64,000 bases of DNA from contig CAWJTV010000042.1 in assembly GCA_963845755.1 (NCBI GenBank), positions 96,001 through 160,000 of the forward strand. Direction: 5' to 3'. The notes under the pieces were generated by a model. It made no database searches. It had not been told where the DNA came from and saw nothing but the letters and a program-made list of their open reading frames with translations. Of this stretch, positions 11,409-22,290 are shown piece after piece (positions within the stretch are counted from its first letter, which is position 1; every line of letters begins with the position of its first letter). A program made the position numbers and the translations under genes. The stretch is from an uncultured Planctomycetota bacterium (lineage in GTDB: Bacteria; Planctomycetota; Planctomycetia; Isosphaerales; Isosphaeraceae).

Positions 11409-11552
11409 GACTCATGACTCAACTCGAGGCAGTTTATCGGCGCCGAGGTTCGAACCATCGCTTCCCCAGCAGCCGATTCTACCACCCCAATTGGACATCG
11501 GGCACCAGCCCAGCCCGAGTTTTTGACATCTACGCGCGCTCCCCCCGAAGGG

Positions 11553-12458
11553 TCACCCCTTCTCCTCGGCCTCGAGCTGCTTCCTGGCCTCGGCGATGAC
11601 GGCTCTTTGCTCCTCGGTCACCTCGGGATAGCGGAGGTCGAGCGACTCGATCGTCGTGGCGATAATCCGGGAGACCAGCGCGCGGGCGACCCATTTGTGG
11701 TCGGCCGGGATGATGTACCACGGGGCCCACTTGGTGCTGGTGGCGTTGATCGCTTTCTCGTACGCCTTCATATAGTCGTCCCAGAACCCGCGTTCGGTCA
11801 TGTCGCCGGCAGCGAACTTCCAGTGCTTCTTCGGATCCTTCAGCCGTTTGAGGAACCGCTTCCGCTGCTCGTCCTTCGACAGGTGGAGGAAGAACTTGAG
11901 GATGACCGTACTGTTGCGGACCAGGTGCCGTTCGAAGGCGTTGATGTCGGCGTAGCGATCGGCCCAGAAATCGTCGTTGTGTTTCGCGCCAGGGATGCGC
12001 TCGGCCCGGACCAGCTCGGGATGGACCCGCACCACGAGTACTTCCTCGAAATATGAGCGATTGAAGATGCCGATCCGCCCCCGCTCGGGCACGACGCGGG
12101 AATATCGCCAGAGGAAGTTGTGATCGAGCTCCTGGGCGGAGGGATGTTTGAAGCTGTAGACCTGGCATCCCTGCGGATTGACGCCCGACATCACGTGCTT
12201 GATCGTGCTGTCCTTGCCCGCGGCGTCCATCGCCTGAAAGATGATGAGGATCGACCAGGTGTCGGCCGCATAGAGCCGGTCCTGAGCTTCGGCCAGCGCA
12301 GAGACGTCCTGCGTGAGCACCTCCTCGGCGAACCGCTTCCGCTCCGCCTTGGGGAGCTTGAGATCGCCGGCCCAGCCGGGATCGTAGTCCCTGAGCTCGA
12401 TCGATTTGCCATGGGGGACACGCCACATATCGATGATGTCGTCGCTCGCCGTTGGCAT
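11553..12458 (-). CDS. ppk2: Polyphosphate kinase 2 family protein
   Basis: QAMDAAGKDSTIKHV, GVNPQG, FNRSYFEEVLVVRVH, KHWKF, APWYIIPADHKW. Confidence 0.95.
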   Translation of the reverse strand: MPTASDDIIDMWRVPHGKSIELRDYDPGWAGDLKLPKAERKRFAEEVLTQDVSALAEAQDRLYAADTWSILIIFQAMDAAGKDSTIKHVMSGVNPQGCQVYSFKHPSAQELDHNFLWRYSRVVPERGRIGIFNRSYFEEVLVVRVHPELVRAERIPGAKHNDDFWADRYADINAFERHLVRNSTVILKFFLHLSKDEQRKRFLKRLKDPKKHWKFAAGDMTERGFWDDYMKAYEKAINATSTKWAPWYIIPADHKWVARALVSRIIATTIESLDLRYPEVTEEQRAVIAEARKQLEAEEKG

Positions 12459-12509
12459 GATGAAACTCGCCGATAGTCAGTAAGCAGATCGCGCGTTACC
12501 CGAGGATCT

Positions 12510-12857
12510 TCACTGCTGCATCACGTCGATTCGCCAGACTCTCGGAGGACACGGGCGTATAAGGCATCGCTCACGTGGAATCCCGCATCTGTCCTCTGCG
12601 AGCACAATCGCTTCCGCTTCCCCGCGATCAAGTCTGGCCTGAAGAGCGATCACGAGACTTGAATTACTAACATCCCTACGCACGACCCACTCGAACGTTC
12701 GAGTCTCCAATACTCCCGGCAATCGGGGGTCCTGCATCGCCACTTCGTCATACACGGCTCGCGGAATCGTGACCGTGCCATACAGATCGTGCAACAAATC
12801 AAGATGCCCGATGGCCGCCAAACTGATCAATGGTTAAGAATCACTCACGACGATCAT
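12510..12857 (-). pseudogene. DUF3368 PIN-like toxin pseudogene
   Basis: Reads MIVVSDS*PLISLAAIGHLDLL with in-frame TAA at 12834-12836; similarity ends after LDRGEAEAIVLAE. Confidence 0.8.
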
Positions 12858-13099
12858 AGTCGCCCCAACTCGCGCAGGGTCTCGAGATCCCCTTCAAGAT
12901 CGGCGACATCGAAATGGACGGGGATTTGACGGCTAGCCAGAAGATGCTGAAATTGGAGGCGTTGCAAGTTGGCTAGTTGGCTAGCCTGCCCCAGCGAGAG
13001 TTTTTCCTGCTGGAAGAGCATGACGGCGATCTCAACCTTGAATTCCCTCTCCGACAAGCGACTCGCTTGCAGGACCTCATCGGGGATGAGCACACTCAT
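12854..13099 (-). CDS. UPF0175 family antitoxin-like protein
   Basis: EIAVMLFQQEKLSLGQASQLA...FQHLLASRQIP; ATGA overlap with the toxin remnant. Confidence 0.88.
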   Translation of the reverse strand: MSVLIPDEVLQASRLSEREFKVEIAVMLFQQEKLSLGQASQLANLQRLQFQHLLASRQIPVHFDVADLEGDLETLRELGRL

Positions 13100-13393
13100 G
13101 GCAATTGATCCTTTCATCCAGGAATACGGAGACCGTGAGAGGATGGCAGTTGCCGAGGAAAAGAGAACCTCGATTCAGTTTATCGAGAAACTCCGAAACT
13201 TCGCCAGCCGGAGGCGGCGGTCTCACTTCGCGTCAACTCGATAGCAGGCTCGATCAGAGCTCCGATGGGAAGGTCGTTTCCATCACCCAGTCCAGCGGGT
13301 AGACTCAGCCGATGGAGTCCTCAAGGCCGAAGTCTTGGAGGGCGTCTTTCCAGGCAGGGTCGGCCGAGTCTCATTTTTCGAGGGTCCTCACTG

Positions 13394-14731
13394 ATGATCA
13401 TCCGCACGCAGAATCGCCGGGACTTCCTCCGGGTCGCGTCGACAAGCCCCGCGCTGCTCCCGTTTCTTACGCCCTTCGGCCGGGCGATGGCCGACGAGGT
13501 GAAGGCCAAGAACGATCGCCCGCGTCTCGGCCTGATCGGGGCCGGCGGTCAGGGTTCCGGGGACGCCCGGGGTGCGTCCCGTCTCGGCGATTTCCTGGCC
13601 GTCTGCGACGTCGACAAGGGCCACGCGGAGAAGGCCAAGAACCACAAGGAAATCGGCAAGGGGAAGGCCGATATCTGCGAGGACTACCGCAAGCTCCTCG
13701 ACCGCAAGGACATCGACGCCGTCATCATCGGCACGCCCGACCACTGGCACACGAAGATCTGCATCGACGCCCTGCGCGCGGGCAAGGACGTCTATTGCGA
13801 GAAGCCGCTGACCTTGACGATCGATGAGGGCAAGAAGCTCTGCCAGGTCGTCAAGGAGACCGGCCGCGTCGTGCAGGTCGGCACCCAGCAGCGGAGCGAC
13901 CACAACCGGGTGTTCCTGCTGGCCGTCGCCATGGTCCGAGCGGGCCGGATCGGCAAGATCAGCGCCGTCACAGCCGCGATCGGCGGCGGACCCACCGGCG
14001 GCCCGTTCCCCGTGGCCAAGCCGCCCTCCGTGCTCAACTGGGACATGTGGCTGGGCCAGGCGCCGAAGGTCGAATACCGGGTGAAGCGGTGCCATGCCGA
14101 GTTCCGCTGGTGGTATGAATACTCTGGCGGCAAGCTCACCGACTGGGGCGCCCACCACGTTGACATCGGCCAGTGGGCCATCGGCATGGAAGACTCGGGC
14201 CCGCAGACCATCGAGGTCGCTGAGGGCGTCCTCCCGGTTGAGTTCAAGGGCGGTTACCCCAGTGCGGACGATCGCTACAACACCACGACTAAGTTCCGCG
14301 TTAAGGCCAAGTTCGCCAACAATGTAACGATGACCATCCGCGACGACACCGAGAATGGCGTGACCTTCCAGGGCGTGGAGCCACGAGACCGGATCTTCGT
14401 CACCCGCGACCGGATCGACCTCGAAGGCGGTGCCGTCGATGCGCTTTACAAGAACCCCGTGCCCGAGTCGCTCCTGCACGAGCTGCGCAAGGGCAAGAAG
14501 GTCAACGGTCACATGGCCAACTTCTTCGAGTGTATTCGCGATCGTGGCGTGCCGGTGTCCGACGTCTGGACCCATCATCGGGCGCTGACCACCTGCCACC
14601 TGGCGAATATCGCGATCCGATTGGGCCGGCAGAAACTGACCTGGGACCCGGCCAAGGAGGAGATCGTTGGCGACTCCGAGGCCAATGCCTGGCAGACTCG
14701 CCCCCAGCGGGCCGGTTACGAGATCAGTTGA
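13394..14731 (+). CDS. Tat-exported Gfo/Idh/MocA oxidoreductase
   Basis: NRRDFL Tat motif, IGAGGQG, GTPDHWH, YCEKP, WDMWLGQAP, DWGAHHVD. Confidence 0.93.
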   Translation: MIIRTQNRRDFLRVASTSPALLPFLTPFGRAMADEVKAKNDRPRLGLIGAGGQGSGDARGASRLGDFLAVCDVDKGHAEKAKNHKEIGKGKADICEDYRKLLDRKDIDAVIIGTPDHWHTKICIDALRAGKDVYCEKPLTLTIDEGKKLCQVVKETGRVVQVGTQQRSDHNRVFLLAVAMVRAGRIGKISAVTAAIGGGPTGGPFPVAKPPSVLNWDMWLGQAPKVEYRVKRCHAEFRWWYEYSGGKLTDWGAHHVDIGQWAIGMEDSGPQTIEVAEGVLPVEFKGGYPSADDRYNTTTKFRVKAKFANNVTMTIRDDTENGVTFQGVEPRDRIFVTRDRIDLEGGAVDALYKNPVPESLLHELRKGKKVNGHMANFFECIRDRGVPVSDVWTHHRALTTCHLANIAIRLGRQKLTWDPAKEEIVGDSEANAWQTRPQRAGYEIS

Positions 14732-14778
14732 TCGCGAAGAGCGGGCTGCGGGAGGGACCTGCTCCTTCCCGTGACCCG

Positions 14779-15573
14779 TCACCCTCGATCGGAAGGAATG
14801 GCAACCGTGCTCCAGGGTGCGTTCGTCAGGGCCGATCGCAGCGGCGTGTGAGTCTGGCCGTCGAAGATGCGATAGTCGTAGGACGAGAAGAAGGCGGCGA
14901 CGGCGTCCGAGGTGTCGGGGATCACCTCGCACAGGACAATCGGCCGAACGGTTTCGAAGAGCCGCGGGGCGCCGTTGAGCACCTCGAGCTCGGCGCCCTC
15001 GACGTCAATCTTGAGGACCGAAGGAGGTTGGCAGGATTCGAGGAGCCAGTCGAGGGTCACGGCGATGACCGACTGCTCCTCGCGTGCGCCGCCGGTCTCG
15101 ATCGTCCCGAACTCCGCGAGGTAGTTCGCGGCGCGGGACCGGCTTGCCAGGCAGAGCGTGCGGACCGACGGCGTCGAGGCCACGGCTGCCGGTATGACCT
15201 GCACCGGTGCGGAACCGGGCGATTGCCGCGAGGCGCTGCGGCGCAAGAGCTGCACCAGCCAGGCGTCCGGCTCCAGGGCCACGACTTGCCCCTCGGGGCC
15301 AGCCCGGCTCGCGGCCGCGAACGAGAACAGGCCGACGTTCGCCCCGACGTCCCAGACCGTGGTCCCGGGTTCCACGAATTCCTTGACCAGGCTGAGGAGG
15401 ACGGGATCCACCGCGTCCATCGGCCGGAACAGGTAACGCAATCCCGCCGAAGGCGAGACGTGGATCGGCGCCCGCCCGAATTCCGAAGGTAACCGGCGTC
15501 GGACCACCCAATCCCGGGTGAGATTCTCAGTCATGCGGCGCAGCACAGGTTCTCCTCCCTGAGGAACCCTCAT
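14779..15573 (-). CDS. FkbM family methyltransferase (start uncertain)
   Basis: VWDVGANVG, ALEP, LKIDVEGAE. Confidence 0.88.
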   Translation of the reverse strand: MRVPQGGEPVLRRMTENLTRDWVVRRRLPSEFGRAPIHVSPSAGLRYLFRPMDAVDPVLLSLVKEFVEPGTTVWDVGANVGLFSFAAASRAGPEGQVVALEPDAWLVQLLRRSASRQSPGSAPVQVIPAAVASTPSVRTLCLASRSRAANYLAEFGTIETGGAREEQSVIAVTLDWLLESCQPPSVLKIDVEGAELEVLNGAPRLFETVRPIVLCEVIPDTSDAVAAFFSSYDYRIFDGQTHTPLRSALTNAPWSTVAIPSDRG

Positions 15574-15825
15574 CGATGGCGTTCCATCTCGGCGGCCAAG
15601 GCGGCAGCGACTCTTGATCGATCTCGTGCATCAAGCCTCTGAGCCAGCCGATCAAGATACAGCAATCTTCTATTTTCGCAACCTCGGTCTCCGACCGATT
15701 CGTCAGATCGCCGCGCGGGGTGGAAACGTCGCGTCGCTTCGAGTCGCGCCTTGGCCCCGGCGAGCGACCGCACTACAATTGATAGCAAGGTCAACGCGAG
15801 AGCCGTTTTGAGATACGAGGTCGGG

Positions 15826-17028
15826 ATGACTCACCGTGAGGACGATCGTGACGAATCGGCCGCTTTCGCGCCGGCGACCACGGTGGGGCCTGCTCCGAGT
15901 GTTCGTACTGCGCCTCTGGCGAAACGGCCGGTACTCTCGGCGAGCGTCGCGGAATGGCGGTCGTGGATGGTTGAACGGGATTACCCGGCCTACCGCGCGC
16001 GACAAGTGCTCGACTGGGTGATCCGCCGCCGCGCCGTGTCGTTCGAGCCGATGTCCGACCTGCCCAGCTCAATCCGGAAGCAACTCGACGCCGAGTGGAC
16101 CGTCTTCGGCACTCGGGCCGCTTATCATGACGTCGCCCCTGATGGCACTGCCAAACTCGTCGTCGAATGCCGGGACGACCGCCGGATCGAGTGCGTCTTG
16201 ATGGCCGAAGGACCGCGACGGACCGTGTGCATCAGCACTCAGGTCGGTTGCGGCATGGGCTGCGTCTTCTGCGCGAGTGGGCTCAAAGGCGTCGAGCGGA
16301 ACCTCACCTCCGACGAGATTCTCGAACAGGTGATCCATCTCCGTAATCTTTTGCCGCCCGAGGAGACCGTCACGCACATCGTCGTCATGGGGATGGGGGA
16401 GAGCCTGGCGAACCTGGACAACCTGGTCCGGGCCCTCGATCGGCTCTGCTCGGCCGAGGAGGGACTGGGGATCAGTCAGCGTCGGGTGACCATCTCGACG
16501 GTTGGACTTCCCGAAAAGATCCTCAAACTCGCGGCCATGGACCGTCAGTATCATCTGGCAGTTTCGCTGCACGCGCCGACCGAGGCCCTGAGGAATGAGT
16601 TGGTCCCGGTCAACGAGGCCATCGGACTGGGTGCCGTGCTTGCGGCGGCCGACGCCTACTTCGAGCGGTCGGGCCGGCAGGTGACCTACGAGTACGTGCT
16701 CTTGGGCGGTGTCAACGATCGGCCATCGGATGCTCATGCATTGGCCCGTCTGCTGGCGGCTCGCCGGTCACACGTCAACCTGATCCCGTACAACCCTGTA
16801 GCGAGCCTGTCCTTCGTCCGGCCGGATCCCGAGGCGATCGAACGATTCGTCGCGATCCTGCGGGGCCAGGGCGTCAGCGTGACGGTGCGCAAGACCAAGG
16901 GGCGGACCATCGATGCCGCCTGCGGCCAGCTCCGCCGCCGACTCGACGACGACGCGGATCATGGGGCGGTGCACGCGGGCGACGCCGGTCGAAGGGTGCT
17001 CTCAACGGCTTATGAAGCCGTGAAATAG
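15826..17028 (+). CDS. rlmN: Radical SAM 23S rRNA (A2503) methyltransferase RlmN
   Basis: CISTQVGCGMGCVFCASG, MGMGE, ISTVG, SLHA, NLIPYNP, AACGQL. Confidence 0.95.
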   Translation: MTHREDDRDESAAFAPATTVGPAPSVRTAPLAKRPVLSASVAEWRSWMVERDYPAYRARQVLDWVIRRRAVSFEPMSDLPSSIRKQLDAEWTVFGTRAAYHDVAPDGTAKLVVECRDDRRIECVLMAEGPRRTVCISTQVGCGMGCVFCASGLKGVERNLTSDEILEQVIHLRNLLPPEETVTHIVVMGMGESLANLDNLVRALDRLCSAEEGLGISQRRVTISTVGLPEKILKLAAMDRQYHLAVSLHAPTEALRNELVPVNEAIGLGAVLAAADAYFERSGRQVTYEYVLLGGVNDRPSDAHALARLLAARRSHVNLIPYNPVASLSFVRPDPEAIERFVAILRGQGVSVTVRKTKGRTIDAACGQLRRRLDDDADHGAVHAGDAGRRVLSTAYEAVK

Positions 17029-17085
17029 CGGACGAACGATCAATCGATCGATCGATCGAGATTACGCGGAAGAGGAGGACTCGTC

Positions 17086-17718
17086 GTGAACCGAGAGGCA
17101 GAGACTCTGGAGCAGCAACTCGAGGCGCGCGACCCGGACGTTCGGCTCATGGTCCAGGTCCGCACCGAGGAGCCCGGGGCCTTCGAAGCACTGGTCGAGC
17201 GCTACCAGCACCGCCTGGTCGGGATCCTCTTCCACCTGGTCGGCAACATGGATGAGGCCGAGGATCTCTGCCAGGAGGTCTTCCTCCGCATTTACAAGGC
17301 ACGTAAGGGTTACCGGCCCAAGGCCAAGTTCTCGACCTGGCTGTTCACGATCGCCAACAACCTGGCGCTCAACCACATCCGAAACAAGAACCGCAACGCG
17401 AACGTCTCCCTCGGGGGCACCAGTAGCTCGCAGCCGATCTCTCCGTTCGGTAAGCAGCTCGAAGGCCGAGAAGGTACACCCTCGGCCCAGATGCGGAAGG
17501 CCGAGCTCTCGGACGTGGTCCGCGACGCGCTGGGCGCCCTGAACGAGGACCAGAAGATGGCAGTCCTGCTCAACAAGTTCGAGGAGATGAGCTACGCCGA
17601 GATCGCCGACATCATGGGTCGGTCGCCCGCAGCCATCAAGTCTCTCCTGGCCCGGGCAAGGAACCAGCTCCGCGAACAGCTCGAACCCTACCTCCTGACC
17701 GGCGATCTTGGTCGTTAA
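17086..17718 (+). CDS. ECF sigma-70 factor
   Basis: AEDLCQEVFL, FSTWLFTIANN, MSYAEIA...IKSLLARAR. Confidence 0.92.
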   Translation: MNREAETLEQQLEARDPDVRLMVQVRTEEPGAFEALVERYQHRLVGILFHLVGNMDEAEDLCQEVFLRIYKARKGYRPKAKFSTWLFTIANNLALNHIRNKNRNANVSLGGTSSSQPISPFGKQLEGREGTPSAQMRKAELSDVVRDALGALNEDQKMAVLLNKFEEMSYAEIADIMGRSPAAIKSLLARARNQLREQLEPYLLTGDLGR

Positions 17719-17808
17719 TCATCAGTCATCCGAGGCATCGCGGGATCCCACGGCGGTGCGCCGGCAGAAGCACTCCCCTGCCCATTGCATACTGACAGGT
17801 GTTACGCG

Positions 17809-18614
17809 ATGGCTCTTTGGGGTTCTCTTCGTCTCGACGAGAGGTTTGCGGCGGCCCGGGGATCGGTCGCGGGTTGGTTGGGCGTGCTGGGCCAGTCCGT
17901 GGATGCTCTCGTCTTCCCCTGGTCGTGCGCGGTCTGCGGCGTCGAGGGGCAGTCGGGCGCGTTCTGCCCATCGTGCCACGCGGAACTGATGGGGCAAGCG
18001 TCGAAAGCGTTGGCTTCGGTCTGTCCGCGTTGTGCTCTGCCGGCCGGACCGTTCGCGGATCTGGAGCGGGGTTGTGGCGCGTGTCGTGGCCGCTCGCTGG
18101 GTTTCGACGCCGCGATGGCCCTGGGGCCTTACGAGGGGTCGTTGCGGGAGTTGTGCTTGCGGCTCAAGCACGAGCGAAATGCTTGGCTGGCCCCTCGGCT
18201 GAGCGGCCTCTGGCTCGAGGCCCGGGGTGAGGCGATCGGCCGGTTTCCGGACGACGCCTGGATCGTGCCCGTCCCGCTGCATTGGTGGCGGCACTGGCGG
18301 CGGGGCTATAACCAGGCCGAGGCCCTGGCGCGCGGCTTGGCGCGGCGGCTGGATCGGCCGCTCCGGAGGCCGCTACAGCGAGTCGTGGCGACGGACAAGC
18401 TGGCCGAGTTGTCGAGAACTGAGCGGACTCGAGCCATGCGCGGAGCGTTCCGCGCCCGGCGAAACGCTCGTCTCGAGGGCCGAACCATTCTCCTGGTCGA
18501 CGACGTGTTGACCACCGGCGCCACCTGCGGCGCCGCGGCCCGGGCGTCAAGAAAGCCGGCGCCGCGCGGGTTGTCGTCGCCGTGATCGCGCGGACGGGCA
18601 AGAGTTCCGTTTGA
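17809..18614 (+). CDS. comF: ComF family protein (Zn ribbon + PRTase); frameshift near 18548
   Basis: CxxC pairs, PVPLH..RRGYNQA, LLVDDVLTTGAT; the tail KKAGAARVVVAVIART is in a shifted frame. Confidence 0.88.
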
Positions 18615-18621
18615 GGCCGAT

Positions 18622-19686
18622 TCAGGTCAGTGCCCCTTCCCCTGGCTCGATGCTATAGACCGAGCGCAACAGTTGAGAATACTTCTCGTAGAACCGTTCG
18701 ACATATCTCCGGTTCTTCTCGTCTTCCGGGGGGATCAGTTGCACCTGGCCTTCGGTCCGGCCTTCTCCCCTGGCCTGGATTTCCTTGCAGGCCTCGAGGA
18801 CCACCGTACGCAGGAATCGCATGAACCGGAACTCCAGCGTCAGGTAGCGCGGGTAGACGAGCATCCCCCCGAACCGTGCACCGGGGAGGCTGATCGTCAT
18901 CCGCGCCTTGAGCTCGCGGTCGTGGGTCCAGCCGATCATGCTCAAACTGACCCCGGGCATCCACATCGGCGATCGGGTGACGTAGCACTGGTCGAGCCGC
19001 TCATGGAGGATCCGATCCGCGTCGACGGCGCTCAACTTCGGCTGGCCTTCCACTTCTCCGCGCACCATCCAGCCCTTGAGCTGGGCGCGAAAGGCCGCGA
19101 TCTCCTCGATGGCATGCTTCTGATAGACCAACTGCCCGTAACTCCAGGTATCCCGATAGTACGAAACCCCTTCCTCGTTCGGGCGAATGTAGAGGCATAA
19201 CGTTCCCTTGACGAGCGACTTGGCGATGGCCACGGCGATCGCATGACCCTCGGGCGTGTTCTCGAACTCGTAAGGCGTGTTCGTGGGCGCCGTGAAGGCA
19301 TAGAAGCAGTTTTCGCCGAGCGTGTTGAGCACGCGTAGAGTGTGGCCGGCATAACGGGTGAACGTCTTCTCCGCGACCCGATATTCATGGTTGATCCGTC
19401 GCAGCGCCTCCTCGGTGGGATGCGACTCCGACTTGGCCGGACTCCGGCTTTCGATCAGCTCAACCCCGAGTTGTCCGGCGGACTCTTCATCCAGGCCCTG
19501 CCAATGCAGCAGGTCTCCGAGCTGCTCCAGGGAAGCGCGTCGAAACTGGTTCCGTTGTTTCCATGAGGAGAAGGTCTGGATCGGCACGTTGAGTCGTCGT
19601 GCCAGCCACGACTCGTTCTTGCCGACCTCGGCGAGTCGACGGAGAACTTCCCTCCAGAACACGTTGCGTCCATCAGGGATGCTCAC
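18622..19686 (-). CDS. Putative transcriptional regulator, N-terminal XRE-like HTH and unrecognised C-terminal domain
   Basis: KNESWLARRLNVPIQTFSSWK resembles an HTH; clean 354 aa ORF divergent from the DUF1559 cluster. Confidence 0.65.
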   Translation of the reverse strand: MSIPDGRNVFWREVLRRLAEVGKNESWLARRLNVPIQTFSSWKQRNQFRRASLEQLGDLLHWQGLDEESAGQLGVELIESRSPAKSESHPTEEALRRINHEYRVAEKTFTRYAGHTLRVLNTLGENCFYAFTAPTNTPYEFENTPEGHAIAVAIAKSLVKGTLCLYIRPNEEGVSYYRDTWSYGQLVYQKHAIEEIAAFRAQLKGWMVRGEVEGQPKLSAVDADRILHERLDQCYVTRSPMWMPGVSLSMIGWTHDRELKARMTISLPGARFGGMLVYPRYLTLEFRFMRFLRTVVLEACKEIQARGEGRTEGQVQLIPPEDEKNRRYVERFYEKYSQLLRSVYSIEPGEGALT

Positions 19687-19898
19687 TGTGATTCTCCGCG
19701 TAGAAGTTGCATTTTACTCAGAGTATATGCGTACATCCGCGTAAATACAACGACGACATTCCGTCGGAGTCCTCCATCTGTCCGACGATTTCGACGATTC
19801 GCCTCTGGTAAAATCGCCGGAACGCGTGACCGCATCACTTCGGTTCACGGCCCTACGAGTCGTGTCATCATCACCCCGGATCGCAGAGGAAAACCACC

Positions 19899-20126
19899 AT
19901 GCGATCAATAAAGACCGTATCTGTGTTCTGTGTGGCAGCGTTGGCCTTCGGCGCATGCATCGGTTGCGGCGATGACGGTGGCGGACAAGCCAAGCTGGCC
20001 GATCTCCCCCCACCGCCGCCCGGGAGCGTTAATCGAGCCAAGGCCCAGCCGTTGCCGAAGGCGCCGCCCAAGTTCGGTTCGCCGCCGAGATCCGAGATGG
20101 TTCCGCGCGCGAACCCGGGTTCATGA
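19899..20126 (+). CDS. Small Pro-rich lipoprotein
   Basis: Hydrophobic leader ending CIGC; RBS gagga; typical partner of DUF1559 genes. Confidence 0.7.
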   Translation: MRSIKTVSVFCVAALAFGACIGCGDDGGGQAKLADLPPPPPGSVNRAKAQPLPKAPPKFGSPPRSEMVPRANPGS

Positions 20127-20326
20127 TCCCGCACGCGGTCGTTGCCCCATCTCCTTCGAGCTGCAGGATCCCTCGTCACCGACACCACCTCGTGCGCGTC
20201 GGGAGATGTGTCGGACCGACGGCGTCATCAACCGGGGAGGATCCTCGATCATTCGACCTTTCGCTTGCGCTGCGGGAGATGTCTCTTGTCGCTCATACTC
20301 ACGATAATTCGGATGGAGGTTCTGCC

Positions 20327-21460
20327 ATGCGTAACGAGATCGCAACGCTCCGGCGTCGCGGGGCGGGATTTACGTTGATCGAACTGCTCGTCGTGATCGC
20401 CATCATCGCGGTGTTAATTGCCTTGCTCCTGCCGGCGGTGCAGGCAGCCCGTGAGGCGGCCCGGCGCGCCCAGTGCACCAACAACCTGAAGCAGATCGGC
20501 CTGGCGCTGCACAATTACCACTCGGCCAACAACTGCTTCCCGCCGGGCGGCACGAACGCCAGCAACCTCCAAGGCCAGGTCGCCCAGGGGTGGGGCTGCT
20601 GGAGTGCCCAGGCGATGATGCTGCCTTACATGGAGCAGACGACCACGTACAACGCCATCAACTTCAACCTCGCGAGCGAGGATCTTGGTAGCGGCGAAGA
20701 CCTGAGCCAGACGACGGCGACCACGCGGTCGATCAGCGCGTTCCTCTGCCCCTCAAACCAGACGCAGCCCTACTCGCAATACTCTACCGTGTCGTATTAT
20801 TTCCCGGGCAACACCTATTTCGCCTCGGTCGGCTCGGGCATGAACCAGTACGGCAACAGCCCCTATGCCGAGTTGACGGTTGGCTCGGCGGCCCCCAACG
20901 GCATGTTCCAGGTCTTCGGACCGCCGATCGGCCTCCAGTCGGTGACCGACGGGACCTCGAACACGATCGCCATCGGCGAGTGGCTCACGGGCTCCAACCG
21001 GGGTACACTGACCCTTCCGCAGGATGTCGTCGTGTACGGCGCAACGCTCCCTGCCGGTGCGAGCCCCGGCTCGCCGCAGTTGCTGATGCCTGCGGGAGGC
21101 TTCGGCTTCAACGCCTGGCTCCAGCAGTGTGCCCAGCAAATCCCGGCGACGAATGCGATGGGCAACCCCTTGAATGAGCTCGGTCAAGACTGGTGCGTTG
21201 GTCTGTTCTTCCATACCCTTGGGAACATCTTGGTCGGCCCCAACCCGCCTTATCCGAATTGTGCCGCCGACATGAACGGCCTCGGCGACACCGACGACGA
21301 TTACGGCTACTTCGGATTGAGCAGCCGACATCCGGGCGGCTGCAACGTGCTGATGGCCGACGGCTCGGCGCGGTTCCTGAAGAATTCCGTGAACCAGTTG
21401 ACCCTGTGGGGCCTCGGCTCTCGGGGCCAGGGCGAGGTGATCAGCTCCGATCAGTACTGA
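20327..21460 (+). CDS. DUF1559 prepilin-type N-terminal cleavage/methylation protein
   Basis: [73 protein letters not shown]. Confidence 0.96.
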   Translation: MRNEIATLRRRGAGFTLIELLVVIAIIAVLIALLLPAVQAAREAARRAQCTNNLKQIGLALHNYHSANNCFPPGGTNASNLQGQVAQGWGCWSAQAMMLPYMEQTTTYNAINFNLASEDLGSGEDLSQTTATTRSISAFLCPSNQTQPYSQYSTVSYYFPGNTYFASVGSGMNQYGNSPYAELTVGSAAPNGMFQVFGPPIGLQSVTDGTSNTIAIGEWLTGSNRGTLTLPQDVVVYGATLPAGASPGSPQLLMPAGGFGFNAWLQQCAQQIPATNAMGNPLNELGQDWCVGLFFHTLGNILVGPNPPYPNCAADMNGLGDTDDDYGYFGLSSRHPGGCNVLMADGSARFLKNSVNQLTLWGLGSRGQGEVISSDQY

Positions 21461-21522
21461 CTCGGTCGATGTGGCGAGACATGGTTATCGGGAACGCCTC
21501 ATCGAGGAGGATCAACCCATCC

Positions 21523-22290
21523 ATGGGACCCCTTTCACGGCGCAATCTGCTGATCCGATCCGGCATGCTGGGAGGGGCGATCGCGGCCGGTCCACCGCCT
21601 TCGCCCGCCGTTGCGGCGGAGTCCGAGGGGACGCGATCGGAAGGGAAGCGGCTCAAGATGATCGTGACCGGCGGGCATCCCGGCGATCCCGAATATGGTT
21701 GCGGGGGCACCGTGGCTCGCTACACGGACCTGGGACACGAAGTCATCCTCCTCTACTTGAACAAGGGCGAGTGGCCGCCGAAGGCGGAAGGCACCGGCCG
21801 CATCGCGGAGGCCAAGGCCGCCTGCGAGATTCTCAAGGCACGACCCTTGTACGCCGGGCAGATCAACAGCCAGGCGGTCGTGGACGCGGCCCACTACGAG
21901 GCGTTCCGCAAGATCCTGGAGGCCGAGAAGCCCGACGCCGTCTTCACCCACTGGCCGATCGACAACCACGCCGACCATCGCGCGATCTCGATGCTGGTCT
22001 ATGATGCCTGGCTGAAGTTGAAGAAGCGGTTCGCCCTCTATTACTACGAGGTGTCCAGCGGCGAGGACACCGTCCAGTTCGCCCCGACTCACTACGTCGA
22101 TATCACGGCGACTGAGCCGCGCAAGCGCCGGGCCTGTTATGCCCACGCCAGCCAGACGCCCGATCGGTATTATGCCCTCCAGGATCAGGTCACCCGGCTG
22201 CGTGGGATCGAAAGCGGTCATCGGCAGGCCGAAGCGTACATCCGACATGTCCAGAGCCCCGACTTCGCCTTGCCGCTGGCGTCGTCATGA
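21523..22290 (+). CDS. Tat-exported PIG-L/LmbE family deacetylase
   Basis: SRRNLL; GHPGDPEYGCGGT (variant of HPDD); HADH. Confidence 0.88.
   Translation: MGPLSRRNLLIRSGMLGGAIAAGPPPSPAVAAESEGTRSEGKRLKMIVTGGHPGDPEYGCGGTVARYTDLGHEVILLYLNKGEWPPKAEGTGRIAEAKAACEILKARPLYAGQINSQAVVDAAHYEAFRKILEAEKPDAVFTHWPIDNHADHRAISMLVYDAWLKLKKRFALYYYEVSSGEDTVQFAPTHYVDITATEPRKRRACYAHASQTPDRYYALQDQVTRLRGIESGHRQAEAYIRHVQSPDFALPLASS

Noticed and set aside
3688..13099. Integron cassette array of toxin-antitoxin genes
   Set aside because: No integrase and no recognisable attC sites between the modules.
13388..14932. Long antisense ORFs (also 24909-26225, 30743-32656, 33705-37016)
   Set aside because: Shadow frames of well-supported genes, expected in high-GC DNA.
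17043..17058. (ATCG)4 microsatellite/palindrome between rlmN and the ECF gene
   Set aside because: Short, and GATC/ATCG words are very common in this genome.
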